In this document: one piece after another, positions 43,802-54,742 of the stretch
Layout: the number at the start of each line of letters is the position of its first letter
Position numbering within the stretch: position 1 is the first letter of the stretch
DNA from: Candidatus Multivoradales bacterium
Lineage (GTDB): Bacteria > Acidobacteriota > Thermoanaerobaculia > Multivoradales > JAHEKO01
DNA: 64,000 bases
NCBI GenBank assembly: GCA_965223855.1
Contig: CBDCXM010000009.1
Span: 256,001-320,000 of the forward strand
Direction: 5' to 3'
Program-made: the position numbers and the translations under genes
Notes under the pieces: generated by a model
Seen by the model: the letters and a program-made list of their open reading frames with translations, nothing else
Told to the model about the DNA's origin: nothing
Databases searched by the model: none

Positions 43802-44206
43802 CTAATCGACCTCGGCGACCGCGCGCGCACTCGCCGGCGGCCGCTCTTCGACGCCGGCGATCAACTCCAGCAGCGAATCCACGTCGATGGGCTTGGCAAA
43901 GTACTCGGCGAACCCCGCCTCGTCCGCCCTCTCGAGGTCTCTGCGCCGACGTCCCACTCCGACGGCGAGGAAGGACGTCGTTCGACCACAACGATCACGA
44001 AGGCGCTGCCGGAGCGCCCCGGGCGAGCGGGGGCCCCTCAGCCCGAGATCGACGATCACGACCGCGTAGGAACGCTCTCCGACCAGAGTCAGCGCAGCTT
44101 CCTGGTCGGGGGCGCACTCGACTTCGCAGCCGGCCCGACGGAGAAGTTCGGTCAGCGCGTCGCGAGCCGGAGAAGGGTGATCGGCCAACAGCAGTCGGGG
44201 AGCCAA
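43802..44206 (-). CDS. Single-domain response regulator (atypical receiver)
   Basis: TTG start after GGAGG; RLLLADH...VIVDLGL...[12 protein letters not shown]. Confidence 0.7.
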   Translation of the reverse strand: MAPRLLLADHPSPARDALTELLRRAGCEVECAPDQEAALTLVGERSYAVVIVDLGLRGPRSPGALRQRLRDRCGRTTSFLAVGVGRRRRDLERADEAGFAEYFAKPIDVDSLLELIAGVEERPPASARAVAEVD

Positions 44207-44286
44207 GTGGAGTGCCTCCAGGGTTGGAAGTTCGTCGGTGGTGTTTCGACCCGACTCTTCCCTTTGCAAGAACGCTTCCCACAGGC

Positions 44287-44302
44287 TGGCGCGTTCCTTG
44301 CG
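44287..44302 (+). promoter_or_regulatory. Sigma54 (-24/-12) promoter for the DUF1328 gene
   Basis: TGGCGCGTTCCTTGCG: GG-N10-GC with TTGC. Confidence 0.7.
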
Positions 44303-44335
44303 ACAACGCGTTTCCCAACCCAAATCCGACGTGAA

Positions 44336-44374
44336 TCCGCGGTGTCGGGGAAAGATTCCGCGGTGTCGGGGAAA
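44336..44374 (+). repeat. Short tandem duplication (21-bp period) in the DUF1328 5' leader
   Basis: TCCGCGGTGTCGGGGAAAG twice, the second copy running into the GGAG RBS. Confidence 0.8.
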
Positions 44375-44384
44375 GGAGTCCTCA

Positions 44385-44549
44385 ATGCTTCGATGGTCCC
44401 TGATCTTTCTGGTCGTCGCGCTGATCGCCGGTTTCCTCGGCTTCGGCGGCGTCGCGGGGGCAGCGGCGGGCATCGCGAAGATCCTCTTCTTCGTGTTCCT
44501 CGTGGTCTTCGCCGCCAGCCTGCTGATGCACCTGCTACGCGGCGTCTGA
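44385..44549 (+). CDS. DUF1328 (YtjA/UPF0391) small membrane protein
   Basis: [40 protein letters not shown]. Confidence 0.93.
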   Translation: MLRWSLIFLVVALIAGFLGFGGVAGAAAGIAKILFFVFLVVFAASLLMHLLRGV

Positions 44550-44560
44550 GGTGAGCCGGG

Positions 44561-44597
44561 CGTGCACTTCTTGCGAACACCGCGCAGGAAGTACACG
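44561..44597. promoter_or_regulatory. Inverted repeat, candidate enhancer (UAS) for the sigma54 activator
   Basis: CGTGCACTTCTTGCG...CGCAGGAAGTACACG (13/15 inverted), about 75-110 bp upstream of the -24 box; no U-tract. Confidence 0.45.
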
Positions 44598-44672
44598 CCC
44601 GGCGACCCGATCCGAAGCCGACCCGGGCGCCTCGCAGGAGTTCTCAGGCCCGTGCGGCCGGCCGGAGCACGT

Positions 44673-44688
44673 TGGCACGACTTCTGCT
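44673..44688 (+). promoter_or_regulatory. Sigma54 (-24/-12) promoter for the BON-csbD genes
   Basis: TGGCACGACTTCTGCT: near-consensus TGGCAC-N5-(T/C)TGC. Confidence 0.72.
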
Positions 44689-44770
44689 CTTCAACAGTCC
44701 AGATATCGATTCCGTCGGTTCCGCCGGCGGATGTCCCTTGCCATTGAAACGAAGAGAAGGAGACCCCGAG

Positions 44771-45319
44771 ATGAACCGTTTCGACAGACCGAGACTCGGT
44801 CTGCTGGCCCTCGGCGCCGTCGTGCTGCTGGGCGCGGCCTGCGCCTCGACCCAGACTGCCGGTGAGCAGCTGGACGACAGCGCCATCACCACGAAGATCA
44901 CCACGAAGCTCGCCGCGGACCCGGAGATCAACCCGTTCAACATCGACGTCGACACCATGGACGGTGTCGTGACGCTCCGTGGCGAGGTGGAGAAGGAACT
45001 CGCCCGCACCGAGGCGGAAAGCCATGCTCGCGCCACCAAGGGAGTACGCAGCGTTCACAACGAGATTCGCGTCGTCCCTGAGAAGTACGAGGACGACGAA
45101 GAGGGCTCCGACGCCTGGATCACGACCAAGGTCAAGGCCAAGCTGATCGCCGACCCGCAGCTCAATCCCTTCAACATCGACGTCGATACGCAGGATGGCG
45201 TCGTGACGCTCTCGGGCCGCGTCAAGGACAACGCCGCGCGAGCCGAGGCCGAGAAGCTCGCGCGCGACACCGAGGGCGTGATCCGTGTCGCCAATCAGCT
45301 CCAGACTGAGAACGGCTGA
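44771..45319 (+). CDS. Double-BON-domain (OsmY-like) lipoprotein
   Basis: Lipobox LGAAC; DDSAITTKI...IDVDT..GVVTL.G twice. Confidence 0.9.
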   Translation: MNRFDRPRLGLLALGAVVLLGAACASTQTAGEQLDDSAITTKITTKLAADPEINPFNIDVDTMDGVVTLRGEVEKELARTEAESHARATKGVRSVHNEIRVVPEKYEDDEEGSDAWITTKVKAKLIADPQLNPFNIDVDTQDGVVTLSGRVKDNAARAEAEKLARDTEGVIRVANQLQTENG

Positions 45320-45338
45320 GGGACCGGAGCACAACGAC

Positions 45339-45914
45339 ATGAGTATCGACAAGCCTGTACTGAACAAGCCGTGGCTCCAGGGAAAGTGGAACGAGCTCAA
45401 GGGCAAGGCCCGCGAGATGTGGGGCGAACTCACCGACGACGACCTCGACAAGGTCGAAGGTCAGAAGGACCAGCTCGTCGGCTTGCTTCAGCAGCACTAC
45501 GGACGCCAGCGTGCCGAAGCGGAGGCCGAGGTCGAGGCGTGGGAGCAGCAGCTGGGCCTGCGCGAGCAAGGCTCGCTGACCGGCAAGATCGCGAACAAGG
45601 TGGCCGAGCTCGACAAGAAGCAGGTCGCCGCTGGCGTGGGTGCCGCGGCCGCAGTAGCTCTCGGAGTCGCCGCGATTCGCAAGCTGAGGCCGGCCCGCGG
45701 CGAGGGTGATGCGATGAACGTCTACCACCTCGAGCCGCAAGAGGAGGGTTGGAAACTGACCCTCGAAGGAGCCCTCGGCGCGGAGGCGCACTTCGACACC
45801 AAGGAAGAAGGTTTGGCCGCCGCTCGCGAACTCGCGGGTGAGCAGGCTCCATCCCAATTGGTCGTTCATCGCAGCGACGGCTCCGAACAGAGCCGGCATC
45901 GCTACGACGATTGA
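45339..45914 (+). CDS. CsbD-family protein fused to a TM helix and a DUF2188-like domain
   Basis: QGKWNELKGKAREMWGELTDDDL (CsbD); VYHLEP..GW...HFDTKEE.LAAARE...LVVHRSDG (DUF2188-like). Confidence 0.82.
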   Translation: MSIDKPVLNKPWLQGKWNELKGKAREMWGELTDDDLDKVEGQKDQLVGLLQQHYGRQRAEAEAEVEAWEQQLGLREQGSLTGKIANKVAELDKKQVAAGVGAAAAVALGVAAIRKLRPARGEGDAMNVYHLEPQEEGWKLTLEGALGAEAHFDTKEEGLAAARELAGEQAPSQLVVHRSDGSEQSRHRYDD

Positions 45915-46037
45915 CCTCTCCTCACTCCCGGTCGCGGCATTGGGCGCTCGCCCATCCGGAGTGCCGCGGCCGGGAGGTCTTTTCCGCCCGATCCCCGGGC
46001 TCCATCGCACAAACACGACAGAATCGGAGTTGCAGAC

Positions 46038-47513
46038 ATGCGCTCACCGTCACGCCGAGTCCGTACGCCGGCAAGGCCGGTCACATCGTCCGAACAAGCA
46101 GGGCGTCCCGCGCGAGCTGCATCTGACGCTCGCCGGCCGTTTGCGAGGCGCCTGACCGGGCTCTCCCCGCAGGTCTTCGTCGCCGCCTGCCTGGCGCTCC
46201 TCTTCGTGCTCGCCGGCTGCGAGCGGGACGTCTCGTCGGAGACGACGCCACCGACGATCGTCTTCGTGGTGCTCGACAACGTCCGTGCGGACCGGCTCTC
46301 GCTGTGCGGCTACGAGCGGCCGACCTCACCGTTCCTCGAGCGCACTTGCGAGCGCTCGGCGGCGACCTGCGAGTGCCGGGCGCAGGCTCCGTCGAGTTGG
46401 ACGGTTCCATCCCACGCGAGCTTCTTCACCGGTGCCGACGTGGCAGTCCACGGCGCAGGCATGGGAGACCTGGGGACCCAGGAGAGCCGCCGGGGCCTCG
46501 AGACCTCGGCGCGGCCGCTCGACGACCGCCTGCCGACGGTCGCCGAGGTGCTGTCGCAGCGCGGCTACCAGACGGTCTCGGTCTCGGGCAACCCGCTGAT
46601 CTCCCCGGCGTCGGGGCTCACCCGCGGCTTCGGTGTCGCCCACCACGGCCGGAAGTTCGGTGACCTGTCGGGCCCCCGGCTCCTTCCGCTCCTCGAGAGG
46701 ACCCTCGCCGGGCTCGACCGCGAGCAGCCCCTCTTCCTGTTCGTCAACCTGATCGAGGCTCACAGGCCGTGGACGGCGATCCCCGAAGACCGCTTCGACT
46801 GGCTGCCCGCGCGCCCTTACCTGAGCTTCTCTCAGCGGCCGGGCGAGGCGAACCCCCAGCGCAGCAACTACATTCGCGGCACCATGCCGCCGAACCGCGA
46901 GCGGGCGATGCTCGAGCATCTGGGGGACGTCTACGACTACGGTGTCTGGCGCGCCGACGCCCACCTCGGAGGGGTGATGCGAAGGCTGCGCGAGGGTGGC
47001 TGGCTCGAGGACGGCTTCCTCCTCGTCGTCACTTCCGACCACGGTGAACACCTCGGCGACCACCGTCTCCTCGGCCACGCCGGGCCCTTCCTCTACGAGG
47101 AGATCACGCGCGTCCCGCTCGTCGTTCTCGCTCGCGACGGTCGCGGTCGCCGCAAGCTCGAGTCCCCGATCTCGGCGCTGGCCGTCCACGACCTGCTCCT
47201 GGGAGAGCCGATCCGTCGCCGGCCGGTCGTCTCGCAGGCGTTCGAGAGCGCCATGTGGCACGACTGGTACGGCATCGGCGACCGGCCGGCAGTGGCGCTG
47301 TGGCGCGGGCGGACGAAGTACCTGCGCCAGAGCGGCAAGGTGGCGGCCTTCGACCTCGCCCGCGACCCCGGGGAGACGAGGCCTGCCCTCCTCGCAGAGG
47401 GGCCGGAACGCGAGCTGCTCGACCGCATGATCGCCGCGCTCGAAGCGAGCGCCGCGGACCATCCCCTCGACCCCGAGATGACCGAGCTGCTGCGGTCGCT
47501 CGGCTACCTGTAG
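46038..47513 (+). CDS. Sulfatase-like hydrolase/transferase lipoprotein (start uncertain)
   Basis: VLDNVRADRL, SWTVPSHASFFTG, TSDHGE, EMTELLRSLGYL; LAGC lipobox. Confidence 0.82.
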   Translation: MRSPSRRVRTPARPVTSSEQAGRPARAASDARRPFARRLTGLSPQVFVAACLALLFVLAGCERDVSSETTPPTIVFVVLDNVRADRLSLCGYERPTSPFLERTCERSAATCECRAQAPSSWTVPSHASFFTGADVAVHGAGMGDLGTQESRRGLETSARPLDDRLPTVAEVLSQRGYQTVSVSGNPLISPASGLTRGFGVAHHGRKFGDLSGPRLLPLLERTLAGLDREQPLFLFVNLIEAHRPWTAIPEDRFDWLPARPYLSFSQRPGEANPQRSNYIRGTMPPNRERAMLEHLGDVYDYGVWRADAHLGGVMRRLREGGWLEDGFLLVVTSDHGEHLGDHRLLGHAGPFLYEEITRVPLVVLARDGRGRRKLESPISALAVHDLLLGEPIRRRPVVSQAFESAMWHDWYGIGDRPAVALWRGRTKYLRQSGKVAAFDLARDPGETRPALLAEGPERELLDRMIAALEASAADHPLDPEMTELLRSLGYL

Positions 47514-47537
47514 CCGGAACGTCTCGCTCCGCCTCCC

Positions 47538-48713
47538 TCAGTACTGGGGCCCCGGGAAGAGCGACCGGTCGATCCCCGGAATGACCTCGAGCGCGTTCTC
47601 GAAGTAGAGCTTGCGCAGCACGTAGTCCGGCAGCGACAGCCCGTACATGCGCCAGAAGGCGTGGCGGCGGCGGTAGTAGGGGAAGTACTCGTCGGCGGTC
47701 TCGAGCACCCGGAAGTAGGTGTGGTACTCCTCCGGGTTCCAGCTGTCTTTGCCGAACATCACCCGGTCCTGGTAGTGGATGAGGAAGGCGCGGGCGAAGC
47801 GCGGCTGCCGGCCGAGCTCCGCCAGCACGGCGCCGATCTCGGTGTACATGTTGGGCAGCTCGTCCATCAGCGCGCCGAGACGGGCGAGGTCGTTGCCGAG
47901 CCAGCCGAGATGCGCGTTGATGAAGTTGGTCTCCGGGTGGCGGCGGAAGACGTCGTGCTGCTCCGCCATGATCTCCTCCCACGACGGGTACTCGGCCGGA
48001 TCGCGGTAGCGCCCGGGGCGCTCGTGCATCTCCTGCAACCGCTCGTTGTTGCCGTCCTTCGGATGCCAGAACGACGCCGGCTCACCGGTGTGGATGAGGA
48101 CCGGAATCTGCAGCTCACCGCACTTCGCCCACACCGGGCCGAGGCGCGGGTCGTTGACGGCGATCCGGTTGCCGTCGACGTCCTTCGAGTCGAGGCCGAG
48201 CCCCTTGTAGATCTTGAGTCCCACCGCACCGGCGGCGACATCGGCCTCGAGCTCGGCAACGGCGTTCTCGGTCCATCCCTCCTCGCCGAAGCGGGCGAGG
48301 CTCAGGTTGGTGAAGACGACGAAGCGGCCGGGCGCGTTCTCGCGCGCGTTCGCGATCGCCGAGGCGAGGTACTCCGGCGGCTGCAGATCGAACTGCGTCG
48401 AGCCGTCCGGCAGCTCGACTCGCCGGAACCCCCGGCCGCTCAGGTTGACCATCACCCCCATGTTGAGCTCGTCCATCGCTGTCACGACCTCGGAGAGATC
48501 CTGCCCCTCCCCCATCCGGAACTGATGGTTGTGGACGTCGATGAACGGGTAGCGGGCGCGGGAGATCTCCGTCTCCGGGACGACGAGGGTCGACGGCGGG
48601 TCGTACTCGTAGAACGGGATTGGCGGGACGTCCGACTCCGGGCGCTCCTGCTGGGCCACCGCCGCCCAGGCGCCGACGGCCACCAGAGCCGTCACCAGTC
48701 CCCTCACCAACAC
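47538..48713 (-). CDS. Secreted amidohydrolase-2 family protein
   Basis: FIDVHNH, GAVGLKI, PVLIHTGEP, INAHLG, RVMFGKD. Confidence 0.85.
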   Translation of the reverse strand: MLVRGLVTALVAVGAWAAVAQQERPESDVPPIPFYEYDPPSTLVVPETEISRARYPFIDVHNHQFRMGEGQDLSEVVTAMDELNMGVMVNLSGRGFRRVELPDGSTQFDLQPPEYLASAIANARENAPGRFVVFTNLSLARFGEEGWTENAVAELEADVAAGAVGLKIYKGLGLDSKDVDGNRIAVNDPRLGPVWAKCGELQIPVLIHTGEPASFWHPKDGNNERLQEMHERPGRYRDPAEYPSWEEIMAEQHDVFRRHPETNFINAHLGWLGNDLARLGALMDELPNMYTEIGAVLAELGRQPRFARAFLIHYQDRVMFGKDSWNPEEYHTYFRVLETADEYFPYYRRRHAFWRMYGLSLPDYVLRKLYFENALEVIPGIDRSLFPGPQY

Positions 48714-48721
48714 CGCACGCC

Positions 48722-49081
48722 TCAAGATTCCTCCTCCGGCAGCACGACCTTCGTCGGCAGCACGAACCCCTCGGCGCGCAACGTCACCTCGGCGCCGGCC
48801 TCGATCTCGAAGCCGTCGAGCTTCTTCCAGCCGAGCTCCTCGGTCGCCCCCGCCGCCAACGAGGCGAAGGCGTGGTTCCTGACGTCGCCGTTCGGGTTCT
48901 CGATCCGCACCTCGACGCCGGTCAGCGCCTCGCTGTGCCGGTTGGTGATGCGGAGGATCTTGCCGATGCCGACCAGCGACGGGCGGTATTGAATCTCCAC
49001 CGGCGGCGCCGACACCGAGGTCGAGCAGGCCGCCAGCGACAGGGCGACGAGGAGGGCGAGTCGGTTGCGAAGAGCGCTCAT
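48722..49081 (-). CDS. Hypothetical lipoprotein
   Basis: MSALRNRLALLVALSLAAC lipobox; beta-rich mature part. Confidence 0.65.
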   Translation of the reverse strand: MSALRNRLALLVALSLAACSTSVSAPPVEIQYRPSLVGIGKILRITNRHSEALTGVEVRIENPNGDVRNHAFASLAAGATEELGWKKLDGFEIEAGAEVTLRAEGFVLPTKVVLPEEES

Positions 49082-49176
49082 CCGCGGATCGTACCTCGCA
49101 CCGTAGAATGCATTCCGGCGCGTCCGCGCCGTGCCTGAACCGCTCTGCACCTCTCAGAAGGGGGACTTCCCGAACC

Positions 49177-49728
49177 ATGCGTCTCACCCGACTCTTCGTC
49201 GTCGCCGGCATCGCCGGCGTGCTGCTGACGACCGCCTGCTCCTCGACCCGCCCGGTCCGCGACCAGGCGAGCGACGCCGCCATCACCTCCAAGATCACCG
49301 CCAAGATCGCCGCCGACCCGGAGGTCAATCCGTTCAACATCGACGTCGATACGACCGACGGCGAAGTGGTGCTGCGCGGCAAGGTCGAGAAGCCCGCCGC
49401 CAAGGCCGAGGCGGAGAAGCACGCCCGCTCGACGAAGGGGGTCGTCAGCGTGCGCAACGCCATCGTCGTCGTCGGCCACGACGAATCGGACGACGGCTAC
49501 TTCTCGGACGCCGCCATCGCCACCAAGGTCAAGTCGAAGATCACCGCCGATCCCGAGCTCAACCCGTTCAACATCGACGTCGACGTCCAGGACCGGGTTG
49601 TTCTGCTGACCGGCGCGGTCCGCAGCCAGGCGGCCAAGGACGAAGCCGAGAAGCTGGCGCTCGCGACCAAGGGGGTCGAGCGGGTCGACAATCAGCTCGA
49701 AGTGAAGCCGAAGGACGGCGGGAGCTAG
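49177..49728 (+). CDS. Second double-BON-domain lipoprotein (paralog of 44771-45319)
   Basis: LTTAC lipobox; ADPE(V/L)NPFNIDVD twice. Confidence 0.9.
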   Translation: MRLTRLFVVAGIAGVLLTTACSSTRPVRDQASDAAITSKITAKIAADPEVNPFNIDVDTTDGEVVLRGKVEKPAAKAEAEKHARSTKGVVSVRNAIVVVGHDESDDGYFSDAAIATKVKSKITADPELNPFNIDVDVQDRVVLLTGAVRSQAAKDEAEKLALATKGVERVDNQLEVKPKDGGS

Positions 49729-49732
49729 AACC

Positions 49733-50461
49733 CTGCCCGGCGGGCGTTTCCTCGCCTGCGCTCTGGCGCTGGCCGTGGCCGGCTGCAGTACCTCCGGGTC
49801 CCCGACCGACCCCGGCGGCGGCAGCGGGGGCACCGGCCTCGCCGTCACCTTCGGCGACGGCGGCCTGTCGCCAGATCAGCAGGCCACGGTGCTGGCACTC
49901 CTGCGCGACGCCTTCAATCGTTCGGCGCCGCGCATCCCGATCGACGGTACGCGCGCCGAGGTGTCCACCGACCCGGCTCGGGTGATTCCGGGCTGGGGCG
50001 TCGGCGGCTTCGCCCGTGGCCCGAACGACGTCCTGATCGTCGTCGATCCGACCTTGCCCGAAGCCGACCTGGAAGCTCGCCTGCCGCCGATCGCGGCCCA
50101 CGAGTACCACCACGCCGCGCGCTTCCGCGGCCCAGGCTACGGCAACACACTGCTCCAGGCACTGGTCTCCGAAGGGCTCGCCGACCGCTTCTCCCAGGAG
50201 GTCTACGGCCCACCCCGTCCGCCCTGGGTGCGGGCGCTGCCGCCAGGCGACATCCCGATGTGGATGGCGACCGCCGCGATGGAGTTCGACTCGACGAGCT
50301 ACGACTTCGATGCCTGGTTCTTCGGCACCGGCGGCGAGATCCCGAGATGGACCGGGTACACCCTCGGCTGGGCCCTCGTCGGCGACTACCTGGCCGTCAA
50401 CCCGGGGAGCTCGGCGGCAGGGCTGGTGCACGCCGACGCCGAGCGGTTCCGGCCTGACTAG
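49733..50461 (+). CDS. DUF2268-like Zn-dependent protease lipoprotein (probable CTG start)
   Basis: AHEYHH, VSEGLAD, WTGYTLG; the signal peptide is complete only from CTG 49733. Confidence 0.75.
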   Translation: MPGGRFLACALALAVAGCSTSGSPTDPGGGSGGTGLAVTFGDGGLSPDQQATVLALLRDAFNRSAPRIPIDGTRAEVSTDPARVIPGWGVGGFARGPNDVLIVVDPTLPEADLEARLPPIAAHEYHHAARFRGPGYGNTLLQALVSEGLADRFSQEVYGPPRPPWVRALPPGDIPMWMATAAMEFDSTSYDFDAWFFGTGGEIPRWTGYTLGWALVGDYLAVNPGSSAAGLVHADAERFRPD

Positions 50462-52486
<2,025 letters not shown>

Positions 52487-52572
52487 CTCTCGCCAGTCCT
52501 CCCCCGACACTACGGCATCACCACCTCCGGGGTTCGGTCCCGCCGCAGCCGGCCGATACACTCAGCCGCCGC

Positions 52573-52662
52573 GGAGGGGTGGCTGAGTGGTCGAAAGCAC
52601 TGGTCTTGAAAACCAGCGACCGTGCAAGCGGTCCGCGGGTTCGAATCCCGCCCCCTCCGCCA
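52573..52662 (+). tRNA. tRNA-Ser(TGA)
   Basis: GGAGGGGTGGCTGAGTGGTCGAAAGCA CTGGT CT-TGA-AA ACCAG, long variable arm, GCGGGTTCGAATCCCGC CCCCTCC GCCA. Confidence 0.96.
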
Positions 52663-53237
52663 CCGAGGTTCGAGTCCGCATCTCGACGACGAGAGTTCTC
52701 ATCGAGCGGGATTCGAACCCGCCGTGAGCGAGCGGTGAGCGAGCGAACCGAGAACAACGGGCTCATCGGCCGGCGAAGCCGGACGACCGGCTTCCGAAGG
52801 AAGACGGGCCCCTCGAATCCCGCCCCCTCCGCCATTGAGGTTCGGACCGGCACTTCGACGACGATGGTTCTAGTCGAGCGGGATTCGAACCCGCCGTGAG
52901 CGAGCGGTGAGCGAGCGAACCGAGAACAATTGGGCTCCTTGGCCGGCGAAGCCGGACAACCGGCTCGCAACGCGAGACGGGCCCTCTAATCCCGCCCCCT
53001 CCGCCACTGAGGTTCGAGCCCGCATCTCGACGACGAGAGTTCTCGTCGAGCGGGATTCGAACCCGCCGTGAGCGAGCGGTGAGCGAGCGAACCGAGAACA
53101 ACGGGCTCATCGGCCGGCGAAGCCGGACGACCGGCTTCCGAAGGAAGACGGGCCCATCGAATCCCGCCCCCTCCGCCATTGAGGTTCGGACGCGCACTTC
53201 GACGACGACAGTTCTCGTCGAGCGGGATTCGAACCCG
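52663..53237 (+). repeat. Tandem array of three 172-bp tRNA-Ser(TGA)-linked modules plus a partial fourth
   Basis: Units 52663-52834, 52835-53006 and 53007-53178 each end AATCCCGCCCCCTCCGCCA and contain GCGGGATTCGAACCCGC; partial unit 53179-53237. Confidence 0.93.
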
Positions 53238-53242
53238 ATTCG

Positions 53243-54742
53243 TCACGAGCCCATTGGCGATGCCGATCCCCCGTCCTCGCAGAGTTTCTCCTGCGCTCGG
53301 ATCTCCACGAGATCCTCACGTGCTGCGAGATCCCAAGCCACGTCCCGACCCGCGAAGTAGTCGGAGGCTCTTGGTTGTACACAGAGGTGGATCGGAAGGA
53401 TCTTCGCTCGATCCGCCGGGTGCCCCAACTGCCAGTACAGCGTGGACACGACCAGCTCCAGCCGACCGCTCGGCAGCCTCAGCGAGATCGGATCGCCGTA
53501 GCTGTTCAACGGAGCACCGGGAGGCTCTCCCACGAAGACGGCGTCCGTGTGGTCGATGAGCTCGGCCACCAGCATGACGGCGGCGCTGAAGGTCTGGCGA
53601 CCGGTCAGCACGACGAGACGATTGTCGTTGGCGTACCTCGGCCTGGCCAGCAGCTCATTGACGAAGGCGGTCACCATCCGACCGTCGCCACCGAAGTTGT
53701 AACGCAGGTCGATGACGAACCGCTCCGGCTGCGCCCGATCGACCATGTCCCACATCCGGGCACGAAAGTCGTCCCAACCTATATCCCCGATGTCGGCGAA
53801 GAAGTTGAACTGGAACGTAAGGACTGTCTGAGCCTGATCCAGCCGTGCCCAGAAGGGCTTCCGGCTCGCGTAGAACGGCGCATCCTCTGCCGCCGGCGGG
53901 TCGCGGTAGGCCAGCGGAGGCTTGCCACCGTCAAACGGCGTCCTGTAGTTGTCGAAAGGCTCGAACGGCGGCCCGAAGAGCTCTCCCCAGTTTCTGTAGT
54001 TCGCCGAGTATTCGCTGTGGATCCTCGGCAGGCGACGGGTTTCGGTAGTGCCATCACCATGCTCGAAGGCGAGGGACACAGCGTCGGTCGACGGGTCCGT
54101 GACACCGAGGGCGGAGAGCAGCCCCACGTTTGAGAGGAGCGCAGCGGCGCCCTCTTTCACCTGAAGCGCGTTGTCGCCCGCCGTGGCCAGCGTGACCTTC
54201 GCGAGCACCTCCTCGACTGGTAGTTGCTCCACCCTTACCAGACGTCGACCGATGAGCTCGGCGTGTTGCTCTGCCGCGACCGTCACGTACACCCCGTCGT
54301 CAAACTCGTAGAAGCGCAATGGCAGCCAGACCGCAAAGCCGTCGATGCCGACCGGCTCGAGTCGAGTGTGGCCGTCACGAAGCCCCGCCACGGCCGACAT
54401 CAGGGTCGTAGTGATCTCGACATCCGAGCCACCCGCCAGGACGAGATCACGAGCTTCTTGCAGACCGTCACGCCAACGACCCTCGCCGGTCTGGAAGAAG
54501 GGATCCGGGTGATGCTCACGCAACAATCGATTCAGCGATTGGATATCCGCCATCCAGGCCTCCGCCGCGCTCGGCACGGCCTCGTCCACAGCCTGTGCTT
54601 GGCACGGCGAGGCAAGTGAAGGCGCCAGTACGAAAGGAATGGCGAAACGGAGCACCGGAAGACATCGGCCGCGAAGGATCCCGAGAGCCGTCTTCGCACC
54701 CAGACAAAGCAGTCCGGCGGTAGTCATCGTTGCAGATCGCAT
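53243..54742 (-). CDS. S41-like secreted peptidase
   Basis: LRDGHT, VIDLRYNFGGDG, GRQTFSAA, FVGEP; AGGAGG RBS; codon usage looks atypical for the window. Confidence 0.75.
   Translation of the reverse strand: MRSATMTTAGLLCLGAKTALGILRGRCLPVLRFAIPFVLAPSLASPCQAQAVDEAVPSAAEAWMADIQSLNRLLREHHPDPFFQTGEGRWRDGLQEARDLVLAGGSDVEITTTLMSAVAGLRDGHTRLEPVGIDGFAVWLPLRFYEFDDGVYVTVAAEQHAELIGRRLVRVEQLPVEEVLAKVTLATAGDNALQVKEGAAALLSNVGLLSALGVTDPSTDAVSLAFEHGDGTTETRRLPRIHSEYSANYRNWGELFGPPFEPFDNYRTPFDGGKPPLAYRDPPAAEDAPFYASRKPFWARLDQAQTVLTFQFNFFADIGDIGWDDFRARMWDMVDRAQPERFVIDLRYNFGGDGRMVTAFVNELLARPRYANDNRLVVLTGRQTFSAAVMLVAELIDHTDAVFVGEPPGAPLNSYGDPISLRLPSGRLELVVSTLYWQLGHPADRAKILPIHLCVQPRASDYFAGRDVAWDLAAREDLVEIRAQEKLCEDGGSASPMGS

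Noticed and set aside
52663-53178. Extra tRNA genes or pseudo-tRNAs inside the repeats
   Set aside because: Only the T-loop 3' half and acceptor 3' strand are copied; there is no D-arm, anticodon arm or matching 5' acceptor strand.
52663-53237. CRISPR array interpretation of the tRNA-linked repeats (also 37771-38281)
   Set aside because: The period is ~170 bp, the intervening sequences are homologous to each other rather than unique spacers, the conserved parts derive from the tRNA, and no cas genes are present.
52518-53382. ORFs spanning the repeat arrays (also 37643-38459 and 28600-29206)
   Set aside because: They are translations of tRNA or repeat DNA with no RBS or protein-like composition.
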